A DNA stretch of 53,041 nucleotides from Firmicutes bacterium UBA5473 (GTDB lineage: Bacteria > Bacillota > DTU084). The DNA is taken from the NCBI GenBank assembly GCA_002427165.1, contig DIQB01000129.1, forward strand, positions 1 to 53,041, in the 5' to 3' direction. The notes beneath the pieces are model-generated. The model saw nothing but the letters and a program-made list of their open reading frames with translations, was not told the origin of the DNA and ran no database searches. The position numbers were made by a program, and so were the translations under genes. Shown here in pieces: positions 39,538 to 48,867 of this stretch (the first letter of the stretch is position 1; every line of letters starts with the position of its first letter).

Positions 39538-40680
39538 ATGAAGATCGTAATTGCACCTGATTCTTTTAAGGGCAGCGCCTCGGCCAAACAGGTGGCCGAG
39601 GCCATAGCCTCCGGCTGGCGCCGGATTTTCCCCGGGGCCCTCTGCGAGCTTGTGCCCATGGCAGATGGCGGCGAAGGCACTATGGAGGCCTTAGTAGATG
39701 CCACAGGTGGTGTTACCAAAACCATTCGCGTCCAAGATCCTCTTGGCCGCACTATCGAGGCAAGCTTTGGGGTTTTAGGCGATGGCAAAACTGCAGTGGT
39801 TGAGATGGCTGAAGCCTCAGGCCTGCCGCTGCTCGCGCCCTCTGAGCGCAATCCCCTTCTAACTACCACCTTCGGTACAGGGCAGCTGATCCGTGCCGCC
39901 CTAGAGGAGGGTATTGAGCGGCTTTTGATTGGCCTCGGCGGCAGCGCTACAGTTGATGCAGGCGCGGGTTTGGTCAGTGCGATGGGAGCTAAACTATTAG
40001 CTAAAAATGGCCAGGAGGTTGGCCCCGGTGGCGGGAGCCTCGGGAGCCTCGCCAAAATAGAATTAGGAGAGCTACCTAAGCTACTAGGCAAGGTTGAAGT
40101 CTTGGCAGCCTGCGATGTGGACAATCCCCTCACAGGGCCACAAGGCGCAGCTGCCGTCTTCGGACCTCAGAAGGGAGCCACTCCTCAAATGGTGGCCCAG
40201 CTAAATCGGAACCTGGCCCATTGGGCACAAATCGTTGCCCGGGACTTGAGGATAGAGGTGGATCATCTCCCTGGGGCCGGCGCTGCAGGGGGCCTGGGGG
40301 CGTGTCTTGTGGCCTTTTTGGGCGCCAAGCTAGTTCCAGGGATCGAGATGGTGATGTCCTCCTCAGGCCTTGAGGAGAAGCTCAAGAACTGCGATCTGGT
40401 GATCACAGGTGAGGGCAAGTTAGATGGACAAAGCGCCAGGGGTAAAACACCTATGGGTGTGGCCCAGTTGGCAGCCAAACATAAGATTCCAGTCCTGGCC
40501 ATAGGCGGCTCAATTGCAGAAGATGCATCTCTCCTCTATAACGAGGGAATCGGCGCCATGCTCAGCATCGCGCCAGGACCAATTTCGCTAAGTGAGGCAA
40601 TCGAAGAGGGACCCAAGCTGCTGGAGGAGACAGGGGAGCGAGCAGCGAGGATTTTTGCCCTGGCAGGTTGGAAGGATTAA
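39538..40680 (+). CDS. Glycerate kinase (GlxK/GarK family)
   Basis: KIVIAPDSFKGS, PMADGGEGT, GLGGSATVDAG, FGPQKGA, GAGAAGGLG and ITGEGKLD motifs. Confidence 0.96.
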   Translation: MKIVIAPDSFKGSASAKQVAEAIASGWRRIFPGALCELVPMADGGEGTMEALVDATGGVTKTIRVQDPLGRTIEASFGVLGDGKTAVVEMAEASGLPLLAPSERNPLLTTTFGTGQLIRAALEEGIERLLIGLGGSATVDAGAGLVSAMGAKLLAKNGQEVGPGGGSLGSLAKIELGELPKLLGKVEVLAACDVDNPLTGPQGAAAVFGPQKGATPQMVAQLNRNLAHWAQIVARDLRIEVDHLPGAGAAGGLGACLVAFLGAKLVPGIEMVMSSSGLEEKLKNCDLVITGEGKLDGQSARGKTPMGVAQLAAKHKIPVLAIGGSIAEDASLLYNEGIGAMLSIAPGPISLSEAIEEGPKLLEETGERAARIFALAGWKD

Positions 40681-40741
40681 AACTACTAGCTAAAGAATGG
40701 GGGGAGAGAAATTCTCTCCCCCTTTTGCAAGGAGGGGGAAG

Positions 40742-42280
40742 ATGGTAACCATCCAGGTGGGGAAGAAGAAGATCCAAGGGGCGAGAGGGAGTAATCTGCG
40801 CGAGACTCTTCTGGCGGCAGGCGTTCCCCTGGATTCCCCCTGCGGCGGCCGCGGCAGCTGCGGCAAGTGCAAAGTTCGAGTATTAGGAGAGGTAGACCCA
40901 CCTTCTATAGCTGAGCGGGAGCTTTTAGACTCCGGCCTCAAGCTAGGGCTGCGCCTGGCCTGTAGGGTTACAATTCGGGGCCCCCTTGCAGTAGAACTAC
41001 TCTCCTCGGCAGAGGAGAGTGCTCCTTCAGAGGAAGTTATATCACGAGATATGCAGTTGGGCGCAGCTGTGGACATCGGCACCACCACCCTTGCCGGCTA
41101 CCTTGTGGATCTTCCATCTGGCAGCGTCTTGGCCACAGCCTCAAGATTAAATCCCCAGGCAAGTTATGGCGCAGATGTGATCTCGCGCCTGGCTTATGCC
41201 CAGGAGGGAGGCAGCCAGGATCTTACAGAGGCTGTGCGCAGGGGCGTAGCCGATCTTTTGGTTGATCTGGCAGGGAGCCTGGGGCAGATCCGCAAATTGG
41301 TTTTGGTTGGCAATTCCGCTATGCACCACCTGTGGTGGGGCATAGAGACAAGCAGCCTGGCTCAGGCTCCCTACAGACCAGCGTCTACCCAGCCCATTTC
41401 AGAGCCTGCCTCCACTTTAGGCCTTTCTCTCCACCCAGAAGCCCAGGTATATTTTTTGCCCCTTGTGGCAGGGTTTGTGGGAGCTGATACTGTGGCAGCA
41501 CTTCTTGCCACAGGGCTTGATGAGGGGCACGCCAGAAGGCTGCTTGTTGATATCGGCACCAATGGAGAAATGGTGCTGGCTGCAAATGGCAAGCTCCTTA
41601 CCTGCGCTGCAGCTGCAGGGCCGGCTCTGGAGGGGGCTGAGATTAGCTGCGGTATGCGGGGGATTCAAGGCGCGATTGAGGCAGTGAATCTTGATGATGG
41701 TATAAATTATAAAGTGATCGGAGATGTGGAGCCTTTGGGCATCTGCGGCTCGGGGCTTGTGGATCTGCTCTCAGAGCTCTTGCGCGTTGGTGCTGTGGAT
41801 CATACAGGACGGCTTTTGGGCCAAGCTGAGTTTTTGGCCCAAGGTGGGGCGGCTAAGCTAGCTTCCAACTTGCTTGAGGATGGCTTTCAAGTAGCGGTTG
41901 GGCCCCAGGGGCCAATTGTGCTTACAGGCCGGGATGTGCGCAAGCTTCAGCTTGCCAAAGGGGCAATTAGAGCAGGCTGTGAGATCTTGCTCTCTGCGGG
42001 GGGCATTGCATACCAAGAGCTAGATGAGATTATTCTCGCCGGTGCTTTTGGCAGTTACCTCAGCCCCAAAAGCGCCCTCAGGGTAGGGCTGTTGCCTCCA
42101 GTCGAACTCGAAAGGATCAAAAGCGCAGGGAATGCTGCAGGTGAGGGAGGAAAACTCGTGCTTGTGGGCGACCAGCAGAAGAAGCGGGCAGAGGAAATAG
42201 CGAGAAAGCTTGAGTATATAGAGCTTGCAGGTAGAGGAGATTTTCAAGAGCGCTTCATGGAAGGGATGCTGTTTGACTGA
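40742..42280 (+). CDS. ASKHA-domain ATP-dependent corrinoid reductive activator (RACo-like) with N-terminal 2Fe-2S domain
   Basis: CGGRGSCGKC..RLAC, DIGTTT, NPQ..YGADVISR, DIGTNGE, GPALEG, GICGSG and QLAKGAI motifs; ATG 40742 after AGGAGG. Confidence 0.9.
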   Translation: MVTIQVGKKKIQGARGSNLRETLLAAGVPLDSPCGGRGSCGKCKVRVLGEVDPPSIAERELLDSGLKLGLRLACRVTIRGPLAVELLSSAEESAPSEEVISRDMQLGAAVDIGTTTLAGYLVDLPSGSVLATASRLNPQASYGADVISRLAYAQEGGSQDLTEAVRRGVADLLVDLAGSLGQIRKLVLVGNSAMHHLWWGIETSSLAQAPYRPASTQPISEPASTLGLSLHPEAQVYFLPLVAGFVGADTVAALLATGLDEGHARRLLVDIGTNGEMVLAANGKLLTCAAAAGPALEGAEISCGMRGIQGAIEAVNLDDGINYKVIGDVEPLGICGSGLVDLLSELLRVGAVDHTGRLLGQAEFLAQGGAAKLASNLLEDGFQVAVGPQGPIVLTGRDVRKLQLAKGAIRAGCEILLSAGGIAYQELDEIILAGAFGSYLSPKSALRVGLLPPVELERIKSAGNAAGEGGKLVLVGDQQKKRAEEIARKLEYIELAGRGDFQERFMEGMLFD

Positions 42281-42319
42281 TAAGATTCGCTCTTTGGATT
42301 TTTAAGGGAGGAAGTTATA

Positions 42320-43198
42320 ATGCGAAAGAAGCTTTTATTCTTTCTGCTGATGCCGTTGTTATTTATAGGTTGTAGCAAACCTGGAAAAAACATACCTCAG
42401 CCTCAGGGTAGTTTTCCCCTAACAATTACCGATGCCTTCGAGGAAGAAGTTACAATTGAGAAACCACCAGTGAGGATTATCTCTTTGGCCCCCAGCCATA
42501 CCGAGATTCTTTTTCAGCTGGGTTTGGAGGACAAGATTGTAGGTGTAACCAACTGGTGCAATTGGCCCGGGGAGGCCCAAAAGAAAACTCTGGTGGGAGA
42601 TATTAATCTTAACTTCGAAAAAATTGTCTCCCTCAAGCCGGATCTCATCGTGGGTATCCGCAGCATGCAGGAGGAGAACCTCAAACGTCTGGCCCAAATG
42701 GGATACAAAGTACTTAGCCTGGAGCCCGCAGGGATCGAGGGCACAATTAAAACTATCGAAACCCTGGGCCTGGTAACAGACCGCAGGGCAGAGGCTGGAA
42801 GGCTTATCGCGAAAATAAAAGAGCAGCTAGCTAGCATCAAACCCAAAACCACAAGGCCCAAAGTGCTGATGGTTTTAGATTTAGATCCCCTCTATACAGT
42901 GGGACCGGGTAGCTTGCAAGACGAACTATTAGTTCGCGCAGGTGGCGAAAACATCGCAGCTGAAACAAACACTCCTTGGCCGCAGCTTTCAGATGAGATT
43001 ATAATTGCCCAAGATCCCGATGTAATTTTGGTGACAGCGGATTTCCAGGAACGTATTTTGAATAAGGCTGCCTGGCGAAATCTCAAAGCAGTTAAAAAGG
43101 GGGCCATCTATTCTGTAGATCCGGATTTAATCTCAAGGCCTGGCCCCAGAATTGGTGAGGCTGCAGTGGAGATCGCCCAGGTGCTTGGAGAAAAGTAG
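42320..43198 (+). CDS. Cobalamin/iron-chelate ABC transporter substrate-binding lipoprotein (BtuF-like)
   Basis: Lipobox FIGC; RIISLAPSHTEIL, EKIVSLKPDL and SRPGPRI motifs. Confidence 0.9.
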   Translation: MRKKLLFFLLMPLLFIGCSKPGKNIPQPQGSFPLTITDAFEEEVTIEKPPVRIISLAPSHTEILFQLGLEDKIVGVTNWCNWPGEAQKKTLVGDINLNFEKIVSLKPDLIVGIRSMQEENLKRLAQMGYKVLSLEPAGIEGTIKTIETLGLVTDRRAEAGRLIAKIKEQLASIKPKTTRPKVLMVLDLDPLYTVGPGSLQDELLVRAGGENIAAETNTPWPQLSDEIIIAQDPDVILVTADFQERILNKAAWRNLKAVKKGAIYSVDPDLISRPGPRIGEAAVEIAQVLGEK

Positions 43199-43209
43199 GA
43201 GGGACGCAA

Positions 43210-44247
43210 TTGCAGGGGAAAGACCTGAGCTCTCAAGTTCGCGCCCAGCGCCATAGGTGGAGGCTTGTTAGCTTCTGCCTTTTTCTAGCGCTGGTGCTGG
43301 TGGTTATCCTGGCGCTATCCGTGGGAGCTGTGAAACTTAGCCCCGGGGACGTCTTGGGAGTATTCGCAAACAAACTCTTCGGATCCAAAGCGCCACCTGA
43401 GACTGCCCGGATCATAGTCTGGCAGCTACGCCTGCCCAGAATCCTTATGGCAGCCGCAGTTGGTGCAGCCCTATCTAGCTCTGGCGTGGCCCTCCAGGGC
43501 CTTTTTCGCAATTCGCTAGTAGACCCATATATCCTCGGCCTCTCCTCTGGTGCAGCTTTAGGCGCAGCTTTAGGGTTTAGCCTAAAGCTTTCCGGGTTTA
43601 TTCCCTTCTTTGCTTTTTTAGGCGCTCTTCTGGCGACCAGCATCGCTTATCTATTAGCTCAGGAACACGGGCGGGTGCCTCCCATGCGGCTCCTCCTCTC
43701 CGGCGTTGCCACCAGCGCTTTTCTTTCAGCGTTGGTCTCTATGCTAATGCTCAGGAGCCAGCAGAGCATGCAAACAATTTTTTTGTGGCTGATGGGTAGC
43801 TTTTCCGGTCGCAGCTGGCCTGAACTCGTGCTGGTCTTCCCCTACATGTTAGTTGGGCTCCTTCTGATCTTTTTCCATCTGCGGGAGCTCAACCTGCTAC
43901 TCTTGGGTGAGGAGGCAGCAAGCCAATTAGGGATGGAAGTGGAGCGAGCCAAACGCTTTCTGCTTCTGGGCGCCACCTTGGCTGCGGCAGCAAGCGTGGC
44001 CGGCAGCGGCACCATCGGCTTTGTGGGCCTTGTGGTGCCGCACCTGGTGCGGCTCGTCACAGGCTCTGACCACAGGCTCCTCTTTCCCCTCTCATTCCTT
44101 GTGGGGGCCTTATTTATGGTGCTAGCCGACACTTTAGCCCGCACCATAATGGCACCTGTAGAGCTGCCTGTTGGTATCATCACATCTTTAATTGGTGCTC
44201 CCTTCTTTCTCTATCTCCTCAAGAGAGGAGGGCGGAGATGGCAGTAG
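43210..44247 (+). CDS. FecCD/BtuC family ABC permease
   Basis: LRLPRI, LQGLFRN..DPYILG.SSGA, IGFVGLVVPH and ELPVG motifs. Confidence 0.94.
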   Translation: MQGKDLSSQVRAQRHRWRLVSFCLFLALVLVVILALSVGAVKLSPGDVLGVFANKLFGSKAPPETARIIVWQLRLPRILMAAAVGAALSSSGVALQGLFRNSLVDPYILGLSSGAALGAALGFSLKLSGFIPFFAFLGALLATSIAYLLAQEHGRVPPMRLLLSGVATSAFLSALVSMLMLRSQQSMQTIFLWLMGSFSGRSWPELVLVFPYMLVGLLLIFFHLRELNLLLLGEEAASQLGMEVERAKRFLLLGATLAAAASVAGSGTIGFVGLVVPHLVRLVTGSDHRLLFPLSFLVGALFMVLADTLARTIMAPVELPVGIITSLIGAPFFLYLLKRGGRRWQ

Positions 44248-45491
44248 TATTCGATATTTGTGGCCTTACTTTCACATACGATAAAACCCCGATCCTCGAG
44301 GATCTGAAGCTTGAGATCGAAGAGGGCATGTTCGTTGGGATCATCGGTCCCAATGGCGCAGGTAAGTCCACTCTCTTGCGTCTTCTCTCCAAAGCCCTCT
44401 CCCCACAGAGGGGGGCTATTCTTCTGGAGAAGACTCCCCTCAACAAATGGTCCCGAGGTGAGCTTGCTCGTCACCTGGCTGTAATGGGGCAGGAAAGGCC
44501 GCAAGATCTGGAATTGACAGCCCTTGAGGTTGTGATGCTGGGGCGTGCTCCCCATCAGGGACGCTTTGGCGGTGAAACTCCCCAAGATTACCGGGTAGTG
44601 GAGGAGGCCATGGTTCTCACCCATGCTTGGGATTTGGCCCTGCGGCCTTTCTCTCAGCTCAGCGGTGGAGAACAGCAGCGGGTGATGCTGGCCCGGGCCC
44701 TGGCCCAGGAACCTGAGGTCTTGCTGCTGGATGAGCCCACAGCGCATCTGGATTTGAATTATCAGCTGGAGCTATTGTCTCAAGTTCAGACGCTGGTATT
44801 GCAAAAGGGGATTACAACCATAGCTGTGCTCCATGACCTAAACCTTGCTGCCAGCTTTTGTGACAAGCTGGTGCTGCTTTCCAGAAGAGGTGTGCTTGCA
44901 GCGGGGCTTGCGGGGGATGTGCTGACAACTGACCTTATTCGGGAAGCGTATGGGATCGGGGTGCAGGTGAGCACAAATCCCTTAACTGGTCGCCCGCAGG
45001 TTACGCCCCTGCCCCAGGGCAAGAGGCAGGATCGTTTTCGGGTGCATATAATTGGTGGTGGTGGCGCTGCAGCCTCGTTGTATTATCCGCTGCTGGAGGC
45101 TGGCTTTACTCTGTCTACTGGAGTGCTAAACCAGGGGGATACAGACTGGCAGGTGGCAAAAGATTTGGGGATAGAACTTGTGGAAATACCTGCCTTCAGT
45201 CCTATACCCGAAGAGGCACACCAGGCCAACCTTGCTTTAATTGGACAAGCAAGGGCAGTGGTGCTGGCAGATGTACCCTTTGGGCCGGGAAACTTGGGGA
45301 ATCTGAAGGCGGCATCAACCATTGGGCCCGGGCGGGATCTCTTATTGCTTCGGGGCAGGCCTCTTTCCCAAAGGGACTTTACAGGTGGGGTTGCTACTCA
45401 ATTATATACGGAGCTACTGGCAAGGGGAGAGATAGTGGAGGAAACGGATCTTGTTGGTCGGCTTATAGAGCTGGATAAAACAGGGAGCTGA
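44238..45491 (+). CDS. Iron-chelate/cobalamin ABC ATP-binding protein with C-terminal extension
   Basis: GPNGAGKST, LSGGEQQR, LLLDEPT, LHDLNLA; extra domain starting HIIGGGG. Confidence 0.93.
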   Translation: MAVVFDICGLTFTYDKTPILEDLKLEIEEGMFVGIIGPNGAGKSTLLRLLSKALSPQRGAILLEKTPLNKWSRGELARHLAVMGQERPQDLELTALEVVMLGRAPHQGRFGGETPQDYRVVEEAMVLTHAWDLALRPFSQLSGGEQQRVMLARALAQEPEVLLLDEPTAHLDLNYQLELLSQVQTLVLQKGITTIAVLHDLNLAASFCDKLVLLSRRGVLAAGLAGDVLTTDLIREAYGIGVQVSTNPLTGRPQVTPLPQGKRQDRFRVHIIGGGGAAASLYYPLLEAGFTLSTGVLNQGDTDWQVAKDLGIELVEIPAFSPIPEEAHQANLALIGQARAVVLADVPFGPGNLGNLKAASTIGPGRDLLLLRGRPLSQRDFTGGVATQLYTELLARGEIVEETDLVGRLIELDKTGS

Positions 45492-45507
45492 AAGGCTCCC
45501 TGTTTTA
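45477..45507 (+). terminator. Intrinsic terminator overlapping the stop codon
   Basis: AAAACAGGGAGC-TGAAAG-GCTCCCTGTTTT. Confidence 0.8.
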
Positions 45508-45526
45508 ACTATTAGATTATTTGGCA

Positions 45527-45562
45527 AAGGCTCAGTTAGCTTCTCCGGTAACTGGGCCTTTT
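45527..45562 (+). terminator. Second terminator-like hairpin
   Basis: AAAGGCTCAGTTA...TAACTGGGCCTTTT. Confidence 0.6.
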
Positions 45563-45671
45563 CTTGAAAGGCAGTTTACAAAAGAAATTCAAGAGAACAA
45601 AAAATAATCCAAAGGTCCTCAGCTGGAGAATAGGGAATTATAGATAGAAGTAGTTTTTTAGGAGGGAACCG

Positions 45672-46859
45672 ATGGCAAGCTATCAGGAGCGATTAAATAA
45701 GCTAATTCTACAGCATAAAACCTTAGTCGAACGCAAAAATAGCATAGATGATAAATGGCAAAACGGAGTCTTCGAGCGTTACCGAAACCCGGTCCTCACC
45801 CGAAATCATACGCCTCTCTTTTGGCGCTATGATCTCAATCCCCAGACCAACCCCTACCTTCTAGAAAGATTGGGGATTAACGCAGTCTTCAACCCCGGCG
45901 CCATCGAACTAGACGGCAAGATTCACCTTGTCTGCCGCGTGGAAGGCTCCGATCGCAAATCCTTCTTTGCCATTGCAGAAAGCGACAATGGCATCGATAA
46001 CTTCCACTTCTTGGATCGGCCCATTCTCATGCCTCAAACCCAAGAGAGCGATGTGAATGTCTACGATATGCGCCTTACCAAACACGAAGATGGTTGGATC
46101 TATGGTTTGTTTTGCACAGAGCGCAAAGACCCCACAGCACCACCTTCCGATACCTCAAGTGCTGTTGCAGCTTGCGGCATTGCCCGTACCCGTGATCTTA
46201 AAAAATGGGAGCGGCTTGCTGATCTTAAATCAAATTCCCAGCAGCGCAATGTGGTGCTGCACCCTGAGTTTATTGATGGCAAATATGCCCTCTATACCCG
46301 GCCCCAAGATGGCTTCATTGACACAGGCTTCGGTGGCGGCATCGGCTGGAGTTTGGTAGAAAGCATGGAAAATGCCCAAATAGAAGCTGAGGAGATCATC
46401 CATAGCAGGCATTACCATACCATCTATGAAGTAAAGAACGGACAAGGTCCTGCACCCTTAAAAACCCCGGAGGGATGGCTCCATATCGCCCATGGGGTGA
46501 GAGGCACAGCTGCAGGCCTCAGGTATGTGCTCTATGCATTTTTCACAGATCTAAAAAAGCCAAACCGGGTTCTCTATACCCCGGGAGGATATTTCATGGC
46601 GCCAATAGGCTCCGAGCGGGTAGGGGATGTCTCGAACGTTTTATTTTGCAATGGTGCGGTTCTTAGGGACAACGGCCAGATTTTTATTTATTACGCCTCT
46701 TCAGACACCCGGATCCATGTAGCCACAACGGATCTGGAGCGGATGTTGGACTATGTAAAAAACACTCCCCCGGACCCCCTCAGATCTTTTGATTGCGTAG
46801 GGCAAAGATTTGAGCTGATTGAAAGCAATCTTGCTTTTTTGGGGGAGAGAAGTCTTTAA
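45672..46859 (+). CDS. GH130 4-O-beta-D-mannosyl-D-glucose phosphorylase
   Basis: WRYDLN..TNP.L.ERLG.NA.FN.GAI, RVEG.DRKSFFA, YDMRLT.HEDGWIYG, YTRPQDGFI, KNGQGPAP and ERVGDVSNV motifs. Confidence 0.9.
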   Translation: MASYQERLNKLILQHKTLVERKNSIDDKWQNGVFERYRNPVLTRNHTPLFWRYDLNPQTNPYLLERLGINAVFNPGAIELDGKIHLVCRVEGSDRKSFFAIAESDNGIDNFHFLDRPILMPQTQESDVNVYDMRLTKHEDGWIYGLFCTERKDPTAPPSDTSSAVAACGIARTRDLKKWERLADLKSNSQQRNVVLHPEFIDGKYALYTRPQDGFIDTGFGGGIGWSLVESMENAQIEAEEIIHSRHYHTIYEVKNGQGPAPLKTPEGWLHIAHGVRGTAAGLRYVLYAFFTDLKKPNRVLYTPGGYFMAPIGSERVGDVSNVLFCNGAVLRDNGQIFIYYASSDTRIHVATTDLERMLDYVKNTPPDPLRSFDCVGQRFELIESNLAFLGERSL

Positions 46860-47148
46860 GCTTTATTTGTTATAACATTGGGCAGCGTAATAGAACTAGC
46901 TCAAAAGCCTGCCAAATAGTACCATTTAGATTTTAAGCAGTGAGTACATTATCAAAATGAGAAATTAATAGCATGTCTTGCTATGGCAGAACAGGAAGAG
47001 AGATGAAACAAAATCCTAGGTCAATAGATATAGAGCAGATAAGGAAAGGTGCTTCTACGATCCCTTTGGGTCTTATGTTTGTGAGAAACAAAGATGTGGT
47101 TCAAGCAAGTATATAAGCATACCTATTTTCAGGGATAACTCAAACTAT

Positions 47149-47190
47149 AAGGGCGTTGACAGGTCTCGATTCTGTTAATGCCTTTTTTAT
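47149..47190 (+). terminator. Intrinsic terminator-like hairpin
   Basis: AAGGGCGTTGACAG...CTGTTAATGCCTTTTTT. Confidence 0.55.
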
Positions 47191-47343
47191 TGCTGGCGTT
47201 TCCCAATTGTTGCGAACTTGACTTAAAGGGGGCCAAGGAGGTAGTGGACAATATTTGGCGAATTTCTCAAAGGAAAGGTTCCAAACCTTGCTTGGTTTTT
47301 TATAAGCTATGAAATAAAGAACACCTTAGATACAACCTGGAGG

Positions 47344-48711
47344 GTGAGATTAATGAATGGTCAAAGCAGCACCAAGATTCTTTACCAACTACGAACAGGC
47401 TTCGTCTTCCTAATTGTGCTAGTGGTTGGCCTGGGGATTTTAGCTACCACTAAAATTCGAGGTATTAGCCACAGCGTTCATGAGGTTAAAGAAAACTATA
47501 TTGTGATCGCTGAAATCGGCTCACTAATCGATGAGAACGTTTATGAATCTACGCAAGCTCTACAGCGCTATTTTGATACAGGTGTGGGCCTAGAAGAAGC
47601 AAAGCAAGCTGCAGGTGTAATTGATCGGATTTTAATTGGAGATCAACTACAAACAACATTGGGTAGGCTGCACGAACCTGAACTTGGAACGTCAATGAAG
47701 ATGCTGCAGCAGGCAACCCGCAGTTATGTTGAAAACATCACAATCCTTGAGCAGGAGGAAAATGTTTCTCATACCAGGCTGGATCGGTTAATGTTTCTGG
47801 AATCGAAAGTAGTGACTTTAGCAGGAATCGTAAAGAACCAAGCTTGGGAGCGGGCTAGCGCCAAGGTACAAGCAGCGGATCAACTTTCCCAAGATGCGGT
47901 ACTGATAATTTTAATTAGCGCACTAGTTGTTGCTGTGGCAGGGCTTGCTGTTGAGGGAGCCTCTTTTGTTTTGGTACGTGATTTTGCCTCGCAGCAAGAT
48001 GCATTATTAGAGCATTATCAGAAGGAAGCAGAGTTAGAGAGAAATCTTCGCGAAGCAGAGGTGAGAATTTTGCATTCGCAGATCAACCCCCACTTTCTGT
48101 TCAATACCCTCAATGTAATTTCAGCTATTGCTTTTGCTGAAGGGACAAAACGAATAACTAAAATTGTGAAAGCATTAGCAGACCTTCTCCGCTACGGCTT
48201 GAAATTTGCCGGTAAACTTGTGCCTCTCTCTGAAGAAATTGATGTAGTTGAGAAATATTTGCTCATCCAAAAAGAGCGTTTTGGGAAGCGCCTACGCTAT
48301 AGCATCCAGATCGAACCTGGGTTTACTGATTTAGAGCTTCCTGCTATGACCCTCCAGCCGTTGGTGGAAAATGCCTTAATTCATGGAATTGAGCCCCAGG
48401 GAAAAGGAGGTATTGTGAGGGTTGTGGCCTACGGGCAGGCCGGAGATGTGGTAATAGAAGTCACAGATAGTGGAAAGGGGGCAGAACCTGGTGCATTGGA
48501 GGATATTCTAGAGGGGAAAAAGGAAACGAATCATCTTGGTGTTGAGCTAGTTTACAGGCGGCTGCAGCATTTTTTTGGCAATAGGATACAAATGAGAGTT
48601 TTTACAAATCCCGGCAGAGGTTTCCGTGTGCAGATCAGAATCATGCCCATAAATAGTCGCCAGGAACAATTACAAGACCCATTTATGGTCCTTCCTATTT
48701 CTGAAGTATAG
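47344..48711 (+). CDS. Sensor histidine kinase (YesM/LytS-type)
   Basis: Two TM helices; SQINPHFLFNTLN H-box, LQPLVENALIHG and D.G.G boxes. Confidence 0.93.
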   Translation: MRLMNGQSSTKILYQLRTGFVFLIVLVVGLGILATTKIRGISHSVHEVKENYIVIAEIGSLIDENVYESTQALQRYFDTGVGLEEAKQAAGVIDRILIGDQLQTTLGRLHEPELGTSMKMLQQATRSYVENITILEQEENVSHTRLDRLMFLESKVVTLAGIVKNQAWERASAKVQAADQLSQDAVLIILISALVVAVAGLAVEGASFVLVRDFASQQDALLEHYQKEAELERNLREAEVRILHSQINPHFLFNTLNVISAIAFAEGTKRITKIVKALADLLRYGLKFAGKLVPLSEEIDVVEKYLLIQKERFGKRLRYSIQIEPGFTDLELPAMTLQPLVENALIHGIEPQGKGGIVRVVAYGQAGDVVIEVTDSGKGAEPGALEDILEGKKETNHLGVELVYRRLQHFFGNRIQMRVFTNPGRGFRVQIRIMPINSRQEQLQDPFMVLPISEV

Positions 48712-48867
48712 GCACCTTTGATGTTAAGATAAATATATGTTTTTGTTAAAACAGTTAACCAATAAAACCATTTTAAAAGGAATAGAAAGATATTCCAAAG
48801 GTTTTCCCACATGAAAAGGAGAATTTTTTAATTGTGGTAACTATAAAGTTAAAAAAGAGGGTTGCCA

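Noticed and set aside
39525..40133. 202 aa minus-strand ORF and similar antisense ORFs across 33-46 kb
   Set aside because: Shadows of well-supported GC-rich plus-strand genes.
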